A stretch of 64,000 nt of DNA from Saccharolobus solfataricus P2 (GTDB lineage: Archaea; Thermoproteota; Thermoprotei_A; Sulfolobales; Sulfolobaceae). Of this stretch, positions 57,295 through 64,000 are shown piece after piece. The DNA lies in assembly GCF_000007005.1 (NCBI RefSeq), contig NC_002754.1. One strand, given 5' to 3'. The translations under genes and the position numbers were made by a program. Under the pieces are notes generated by a model that did not search any database, was not told the origin of the DNA, and saw nothing but the letters and a program-made list of their open reading frames with translations. How positions within the stretch are numbered: position 1 is the first letter of the stretch; each line of letters begins with the position of its first letter.

Positions 57295-57521
57295 AAATTA
57301 TTGAATCGGATGAGATATGCCCAGTTATTTTAACTAAGGTAGTAAAGGAATGGGTTTCACTAGAAAACGGCGAAGAAGAGGAATTAGTTATAATTACCAC
57401 GTGGCAAGCGGTGGGGCAAGAGTTAGAGAAATGGTGTAAGGAAACTGGTAATTCATTTCTTGGCGTATCTAAAAAGGATGGGAAGTTAGAAGTAAGGCTC
57501 AAGTTAATTAAAAATAAATAA
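57291..57521 (+). CDS. TusA-family sulfur carrier
   Basis: ICPV motif, [14 protein letters not shown]; ATGA overlap with DsrE gene. Confidence 0.82.
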   Translation: MKIIESDEICPVILTKVVKEWVSLENGEEEELVIITTWQAVGQELEKWCKETGNSFLGVSKKDGKLEVRLKLIKNK

Positions 57522-57562
57522 ATACCAGTTTCTCACTACTAAAATCTCGGTAGATCTATATT

Positions 57563-58456
57563 GTGTCAAATCCTCTTCACGTATTCTCAAATGAGCAAGA
57601 GTTACTAGAAGGTATGTGGCCTACTCCACTACTAAAACTTAGGATAGGAAATGACACATGGGCTAAACTAGAATTTTATAATCCTTTTAGCAGAAGTGTA
57701 AAAGATAGGACAGCGTGGTTCTTATTTAGGCAAGCATTACTAAAGAATGCAACTCATATAGTTGAAGCCACCTCTGGCAATACTGGAATAGCATTAGCGT
57801 CGCTATCTTCAATTTTCGGTATGCGATTCACAATGTTTCTTCCCGTAGTTGCTCCAAAGGTGTATAAGGTTTTTGTAAAGTTATTAGGAGGTAATGTTAT
57901 AGAGGCTGGTAATTCGACCAATGATGTAATACCCTTAGTAAAGAAGTTTGCAGAGATGACTAATGCGCTCAATTTGGATCAGTTCAATAATCCAATCAAC
58001 GTAATAGCTCACTATGAGACTACCGCAAGAGAAATTGATGAACAGTTAAGTTCTATTGGGAAGAAGCCTTCACGTATTATAGCTACCATGGGAACTGGGG
58101 GTCATATAGCGGGGATTGCTAAGTATTTTAAAGAGAAATATGGAAATGATGTAGAAATAATAGGAGTTCAACCCTCAGAAAATTCCAGAATTCCTGGAAT
58201 AAAGAGACAAAATGGCTCTAATTCTTTACTAAGGGACGTGAAGATAGATAGAGTAGTTGACGTAAGTTTGGAAGAAGCAATCGATGGGACTATTAGTGTA
58301 GCAAGGACTTCCGGGATTTTAATAGGTATAAGTGCAGGTGCTACTGTGGCAGCCTATAAGAAGATAAGTGATGTTTCCTCCACTACAGTGCTTATATTTC
58401 CAGATGATGCTTTTAAGTATGTTGATATTTTAGAGCAAACTTTAAAAGAGATATAG
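57563..58456 (+). CDS. cysM: PLP-dependent cysteine synthase family (CysM-like)
   Basis: [50 protein letters not shown]...KY. Confidence 0.9.
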   Translation: MSNPLHVFSNEQELLEGMWPTPLLKLRIGNDTWAKLEFYNPFSRSVKDRTAWFLFRQALLKNATHIVEATSGNTGIALASLSSIFGMRFTMFLPVVAPKVYKVFVKLLGGNVIEAGNSTNDVIPLVKKFAEMTNALNLDQFNNPINVIAHYETTAREIDEQLSSIGKKPSRIIATMGTGGHIAGIAKYFKEKYGNDVEIIGVQPSENSRIPGIKRQNGSNSLLRDVKIDRVVDVSLEEAIDGTISVARTSGILIGISAGATVAAYKKISDVSSTTVLIFPDDAFKYVDILEQTLKEI

Positions 58457-58472
58457 GAGTAAGCAAATAACT

Positions 58473-58631
58473 GTGCCAGAAGTAATAGTTATAATGAATA
58501 AGAATGGAGATATTCTGGATTTTTCTCCCAGGAGTTTAGATATATCAAAATTTTTGTCTAAAAAGCCTAATGAGATATACGATGACGGAGAATTAATAAG
58601 ATTAAGAATAGATATAGCTAACGATGTTTAA
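58473..58631 (+). CDS. Small ORF missing from the track (52 aa), coupled to the downstream kinase
   Basis: GTG start: MPEVIVIMNKNGDILDFSPRSLDISKFLSKKPNEIYDDGELIRLRIDIANDV; fills the gap; stop overlaps the kinase ATG by 8 nt. Confidence 0.7.
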   Translation: MPEVIVIMNKNGDILDFSPRSLDISKFLSKKPNEIYDDGELIRLRIDIANDV

Positions 58632-59280
58632 AAATTCATACAGTCAGTCAAGAATCATAAAGAAGGATAACAACATATATGTGCAAAAATGTTATATGAC
58701 AATCTTTGGAATAAAGTGGTATTTTATCTCTACTTTCTTTTGGAATTATCCCTATGTGGCTGATCCTAAGGAAAGATTCGTTAGAGAACTGGATTTTTTC
58801 TTGGATAATGCGTGGAAAGATACAGTTGTTGTACCTAAACTAATCGATATTGATGCAAAAGAACTTTGCATTACTAGAGAGTTTATAGAAGGGGATGAAA
58901 TAAATGAGGAAAATATAGAGATCATGGCTAAGGGCCTAAGGGAAATTCATGAGGTTGGATATGTGCTAGGTGATACTAAAATAAGTAACTTTGTTATAGT
59001 AGATAAAAGTAAGTTAGCTGTTATAGATGCTGAGCAATCTTTTAAATCTAACAATTTATATTATAGAGCTTGGGATTTACTAGTATTTTTCCTATTTTTA
59101 AGTTACAAAATGGTTAATATAAGTCATTTCCAAGAGGTAGCTAAAAGATTTCTAGACGAATATATGCCAGATAAGAATATTGTGAAAGAATTCTTTGATA
59201 TGAAGAATATAAATCTAATGGGATTATATCCCCCCACTCATTTATATGTACTAAAAAACTTAATGAGTAATTTTTATTAA
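58624..59280 (+). CDS. Atypical RIO/Bud32/Kdo-kinase-like protein kinase
   Basis: VVPKL, REFIEG hinge, LREIHEVGYVLGDTKISN catalytic loop, VIDAEQ. Confidence 0.8.
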   Translation: MFKNSYSQSRIIKKDNNIYVQKCYMTIFGIKWYFISTFFWNYPYVADPKERFVRELDFFLDNAWKDTVVVPKLIDIDAKELCITREFIEGDEINEENIEIMAKGLREIHEVGYVLGDTKISNFVIVDKSKLAVIDAEQSFKSNNLYYRAWDLLVFFLFLSYKMVNISHFQEVAKRFLDEYMPDKNIVKEFFDMKNINLMGLYPPTHLYVLKNLMSNFY

Positions 59281-59448
59281 AATGGTTGTTGTATCTTTTA
59301 TAGTCTCTATATTGGAGTCTAAAATTCTTGAGCCACACGCTGGGCATCTATAGTAATATCTTATTACCTTTTTTGTACCATCAGTGCTTTCAGATTCCGC
59401 AATGAAGTCCATTCTAATTCTGCATTTTGGACAAATTACTGCATTCAT
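59260..59448 (-). CDS. Small Zn-ribbon protein (62 aa)
   Basis: CPKC...CPACG; likely ATG 59448 with TTTTTTAC at -31..-24. Confidence 0.7.
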   Translation of the reverse strand: MNAVICPKCRIRMDFIAESESTDGTKKVIRYYYRCPACGSRILDSNIETIKDTTTILIKITH

Positions 59449-59486
59449 ACATGTGTTTATAATCTTTTGAGGTAAAAAAGCTATTA

Positions 59487-60413
59487 ATGATTGATAGATT
59501 TGGTAGACCATTAGAAGATCTTAGAATAACGTTAACACACGCATGTAACTTTGAATGTTTCTTCTGCCATATGGAGGGAGAAGAAGGAGATAATTATCTT
59601 TTAAGTAAAGAGGATATTTTATTAGTTGCTAAAGTTGCTAGGAAATTTGGTATAAACTCTGTAAAATTAACTGGAGGAGAACCGACATTACGACGAGATT
59701 TAGTTGAAATAGTTCGAGGGCTTAAGCAATTAGGGTATGAAGACGTTTCTATGACAACTAATGGTTTTCTCCTAAAAGATTTAGCTCACAAATTAAAGCT
59801 AGCTGGGCTTGATAGGATTAATATCAGCCTTCATGCTGTTTCAAGGGATACATTTAAGAAAATTACGGGTGTAGATGCTTTTGATAGAGTAATTGAAGGG
59901 ATAAAAAGTGCCATAGATGTGGGTTTAGTACCAGTTAAGTTAAATTTTGTTGTAAATAGGAGAAATCGTGAAGAAGCCTTCAAGTTCATTGAGCTATCCC
60001 AAAATTTAGGTGTAAATGAGATACACCTTATAGAACTGCATCCGGTAGGGTTAGGAAAATTAGCTTTTAAGGAACATGATGATTTAAGAGAAATAGAAGA
60101 ATATATTGAGAAAATATCTATTAAAAAACTAATTAGGAAAAAGCATTTTAGACCACGTTATGTTTTACCCTCTGGATTAATAGTCGAAGTAGTTAAGCCC
60201 TATGCGAATCCGATATTCTGTGCTGGATGTAACAGGATCAGATTATCTGTTGATGGAAAGTTAAAGACGTGTTTATACAGAGAAGATAACGTAATAGATG
60301 TATTAGATATATTGAAAGGTGAATATTCCGAAGATGTTAAAGAAGAATTATTAGGAAGAGCCTTTATGATAGCAATAGCTATTAGAGAGCCTAACTTCAA
60401 ATATAAAATATGA
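59487..60413 (+). CDS. moaA: GTP 3',8-cyclase
   Basis: [13 protein letters not shown] radical [33 protein letters not shown]. Confidence 0.97.
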   Translation: MIDRFGRPLEDLRITLTHACNFECFFCHMEGEEGDNYLLSKEDILLVAKVARKFGINSVKLTGGEPTLRRDLVEIVRGLKQLGYEDVSMTTNGFLLKDLAHKLKLAGLDRINISLHAVSRDTFKKITGVDAFDRVIEGIKSAIDVGLVPVKLNFVVNRRNREEAFKFIELSQNLGVNEIHLIELHPVGLGKLAFKEHDDLREIEEYIEKISIKKLIRKKHFRPRYVLPSGLIVEVVKPYANPIFCAGCNRIRLSVDGKLKTCLYREDNVIDVLDILKGEYSEDVKEELLGRAFMIAIAIREPNFKYKI

Positions 60414-61468
60414 ATAGGTTAAGAAAGCTTAAGGCAATCCTAGAAGATAAGAAAGATAGTTGTGCCATAATATTTGGTTCTCCAAATTTATTCTACTTCT
60501 TAGAATATTCTGGGGCAGGAGCGTTAATTTATTGTGATTCACGCTTTACCTTACTTGTCCCTGCCCTAGAGATGTATAGAGCAGAGAATGTGAAAGATGT
60601 CGATATTGCAATTTATTATCCATCTAAAATCTTGGAGAATGTCATTGAAGGTAATATATTTAGGGCTATTGAAAAAATTGTTAATAAGAGCAACATAATG
60701 CTAGACGTAAGCTGGGTTGAGGCAAGTACGTATAAGGCGTTATCAGAAAAGTATAAGGTAATTGATTTTTCTAATGAGATAGTAAGGTTAAGAGAAGTTA
60801 AGGATAACGATGAGATAGAAAGAATAAGAAAAGCTGGTGAAATTACTGCTGTTGCAATGAAAATTGGTATGGAGAAATTGAGCGAAGGAACTTCTAACGA
60901 AAAACAAGTAGCGGGTATTATAGATATGACTATGAGATCTATGGGTGCTGAAGATTATGCTTTCCCATCAATAGTGGCATTTGGAGAGAATTCAGCGTAT
61001 CCACATCACATTCCTACAGATCGTGTATTAGGAAATAATGATATTGTACTATTTGATATAGGTGCGAAATATAATGGTTACTGCTTTGATAGCACCAGAA
61101 CTTTTGTATTTAAGAATAGTGAAGCAAAGAAAGTTTATGAAGTAGTTTTGGAAGCACAAATGGAGGCTATAGATGCCGTTAGGGATGGAGTAATGGCTTC
61201 TGAAGTAGATATTACTGCTAGGAGAGTTATAGAAAAAGCTGGTTATGGTAAATATTTTATACACTCTACTGGACATGGAGTTGGAGTAGAAATTCATGAA
61301 AGCCCTGCAGTTTCCATGAATTCCAAGCAGATATTGAAGGAAAATATGATTATTACCGTAGAACCTGGAATATATCTGAAAGGCAGGTTCGGTATACGTA
61401 TAGAAGATACCCTTATTGTAACTAAAGGAAAGCCCATCGTGCTAGAAACTGCTTATAAACTGTTGTAG
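60410..61468 (+). CDS. pepQ: Xaa-Pro aminopeptidase/prolidase (M24)
   Basis: [44 protein letters not shown]. Confidence 0.95.
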   Translation: MNRLRKLKAILEDKKDSCAIIFGSPNLFYFLEYSGAGALIYCDSRFTLLVPALEMYRAENVKDVDIAIYYPSKILENVIEGNIFRAIEKIVNKSNIMLDVSWVEASTYKALSEKYKVIDFSNEIVRLREVKDNDEIERIRKAGEITAVAMKIGMEKLSEGTSNEKQVAGIIDMTMRSMGAEDYAFPSIVAFGENSAYPHHIPTDRVLGNNDIVLFDIGAKYNGYCFDSTRTFVFKNSEAKKVYEVVLEAQMEAIDAVRDGVMASEVDITARRVIEKAGYGKYFIHSTGHGVGVEIHESPAVSMNSKQILKENMIITVEPGIYLKGRFGIRIEDTLIVTKGKPIVLETAYKLL

Positions 61469-61521
61469 AAGTTTTTTAACAAAATAGTTATATTAGATTT
61501 CTTCACTAAACTATAAACGGT

Positions 61522-62148
61522 ATGCAAAAGACAGAATTAGACGACCAAAAATTAGTAGAAGAAATAGCTAGAAGGATTAGAGAAATTCTAGAACTACTGG
61601 GTGAGAATCCGGAGAGAGAAGGGCTTAAAGAGACGCCTGAAAGAGTAGCAAAGGCTTTATTAGAAATGACCTCAGGGTTGAGAACACCGCCTCCTCAAAT
61701 AAAGGTTTTCAATTTAGGCGACGATGGTGAAGTATACGAAAAGAATCAAATAGTACTAATAAAAGACGTTAACTTTTCGTCATTGTGTGAGCATCACATG
61801 TTGCCAATTATCGGAAAAATTCATGTAGCGTATATTGTTAGTAATAGCGGTAAGGTAGCTGGTTTTAGCAAAATAATTAGAATTGTGAATTACTATTCTT
61901 CACGTCTCCAAATCCAAGAGAGATTAGTAGAACAAATAGCTGATGCGATAATGAATAGCGAAATAAAGCCTAAAGGTGTCATGGTGATCGGGAACGCAAT
62001 ACATATGTGTTCATATGTCAGGGGAGTAAAGGATAAAGAGGCTAAGTTAGTTTCAGTAGCTTACAGAGGACTGTTTAAGACTAATAGGGCTTTACAAAAT
62101 CATGTATTTAGGCTACTCGATAATGCAAATAAGGTAAACTTATTATAG
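61522..62148 (+). CDS. folE: GTP cyclohydrolase I (type IA)
   Basis: [38 protein letters not shown]. Confidence 0.97.
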
Positions 62149-62167
62149 AGTTTTTTAGAATAATTAA

Positions 62168-63073
62168 TTGTTAATGGGCAGTAAAGATAAAGTTATATCT
62201 ATATTGAAGGAAAAAGGTCCTATATCCCAAACTGAATTAAGTAAACTTTCTGGATTATCGAAGAGCAGATTATCTGAAGTCTTATCCGAACTTGAGAAAC
62301 AAGGTATAGTAAAAAGGAGGAAGGTTTTAGGAAAAAACCTTGAGGTAAGTTTATCTCAAGATAGATTTTTGAGATTGGGAATTATAAGAGCTGCAGAATA
62401 TCCATTTATAATTCCATTTATTAAAAACTTGGAAAATAGAGGATATAGCGTTACTGTTAAAATTTATGAAAATGGAATTGATCTAACTAGGGATTTAGTT
62501 GAAGCAAAGTTAGATTTAGGCCTATCCCCGATCATAACGCAAATAATATTTTCGACGATATATCGGAATATAAGAATTATTGGGGGAGGCGCTAAAGGGG
62601 GAGGTGGTATTATAGGCAAAACTTGTAACAGAATTGCATCAACTGTAATGTCAAGTATGGAAATATGGGCGTTTAGTGAATTCAAGAATATTGAAATCAT
62701 TCCATCTTATAGTTCATATGAAATGTTAGACTTTCTTGAAAAAGGGATAGTAGATGGTATAGCAATTTGGGAACCTTTTTTGTCAATTTTAGAGAGGAAG
62801 GGACATAAGGTACATAGATTTACACCATTACACTGTTGTACTTTAGCAGTAAGGGAAACTATGGATTGGGAGAGAATAAAGAATATTTATGAAGAATCGT
62901 TTAGCTGGTTTAAATCTTCCATAGATAGATGGGTTTCAAGTTATTCAAACTTACTTAATATTGATTATAATATTCTAAAAGAAGCATCAAAAAATTATGA
63001 ATTCGATTATTACCTCGACCTTAAGGAGTTCAAAAACTCATTAAAAAATACTGGTATTTTTATACCAATTTAG
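62168..63073 (+). CDS. wHTH regulator fused to a NitT/TauT-type substrate-binding domain
   Basis: [31 protein letters not shown]; [27 protein letters not shown] motifs. Confidence 0.8.
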
Positions 63074-64000
63074 GAATCTAAATAATAGTATAACTCCATT
63101 GGGTGTGGATAACCTTGCAAGCTTCTTGCCTCATCTCTCTTTAAATCTATGTAAGTATCTAATATTGACGAATTAAATACTGGCTTCAAGAACTCTTTAT
63201 CACTTTCTAACTCATCTAAAGCTTCATTTAATGATCTAGGTAGTTCTTTTATTCCCAATTGTCTTCTCTTCTCTGGAGTTAGATGGTATATATTCTCATC
63301 CACTGGATCTCCTGGATCTATTTTCTTATTTACACCATCTAATGCAGCCATTAGTAAAGCAGCAAATGCTAGATACGGATTAGTGGATGGATCTGGAGGT
63401 CTATACTCTATTCTTTTTGCCTTTTCCATTCCTCTATAGTATGCTGGCACTCTAATTACGGCACTTCTGTTTCCCTTACTCCACGCAATGTAAACTGGAG
63501 CTTCAAACCCTGGTATTAACCTTCTATAACTGTTTACAGTAGGTGAGACTATTGCAGATAAAGCCCTAGCGTGTGTTAAAAGACCTCCTATTACATATCT
63601 TCCAAATTGGCTTATCTCTGCATATTCGTCATTAGGATCATACATTAAATTCTTCTTTCCATCTTTAGTCCATAAACTGAGGTGCGTGTGCATACCAGTT
63701 CCATTATCACCATAAATAGGTTTTGGCATGAAAGTTACTACTAATCCGTGTTTAGCGGCAATATTTTTAGCTACATACTTCAAAGTTTGGACCTTGTCTG
63801 CAGTATCTACAAGAGTAGAGAATCTGAAATCTATTTCCCCTTGACCTGCAGTTGCAACTTCATGATGTGTAGCCTCTATGGTGTATCCAAAGTACTTAAC
63901 TAAAGTATCGACTATCTCTACTCTTACATCCATTAGCTGATCAACTGGTGGTGCAGGGTAATATCCCTCTTTAAATCTTATTACAAAGGTTCCACTATCG
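63070..64000 (-). CDS. glnA: Glutamine synthetase type I, 5' end outside window
   Basis: [53 protein letters not shown]; frame open to window edge (..[10 protein letters not shown]..). Confidence 0.98.

Overview
A gene-dense, AT-rich crenarchaeal core-genome segment. Gene order, the Fe-SOD sequence and the tRNAs point to Saccharolobus (Sulfolobus) solfataricus or a very close relative (inference). In order it holds: a partial MFS transporter; tRNA-Arg(TCT) with a 15-nt intron; a transcription/translation/replication cluster (tfs, rpoL, csl4, dph2, rpl10e, pcc1-like, cdc45/RecJ-like, UPF0104, E1-like ubaA); split transketolase plus the shikimate operon; a Rieske protein, xpd, sod and thyX; a complex I-like nuo operon (A,C,D,H,I,J,K, fused M-L, N) ending in a degenerate inositol-1-P synthase paralog; a box C/D guide sRNA abutting thiI; a frameshift-split surface protein; tRNA-Arg(CCT) with a 13-nt intron; alaS; the L12-P0-L1-L11-spt5-secE-ftsY-pfdA-LX-eIF6-L31e-L39e-PDCD5-S19e cluster; pncB, phoU, a DsrE-TusA-cysteine synthase trio, a kinase, moaA, pepQ, folE, an HTH-SBP regulator and partial glnA. 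I saw no IS element, CRISPR array or integrase. Three signals stand out. (1) ftsY has no canonical in-frame start for its first 92 codons and instead shows SD-TTG-TTT-TGA-T, a prfB-like +1 recoding signature. (2) The split surface-protein gene has a T_TTA_AAG heptamer, a 7-nt spacer and a 10-bp hairpin at its junction, i.e. -1 frameshift architecture. (3) Both guides of the C/D sRNA read as complements of tRNA segments, predicting Cm34 in tRNA-Val(CAC) and Gm51. All three are hypotheses from sequence inspection only.
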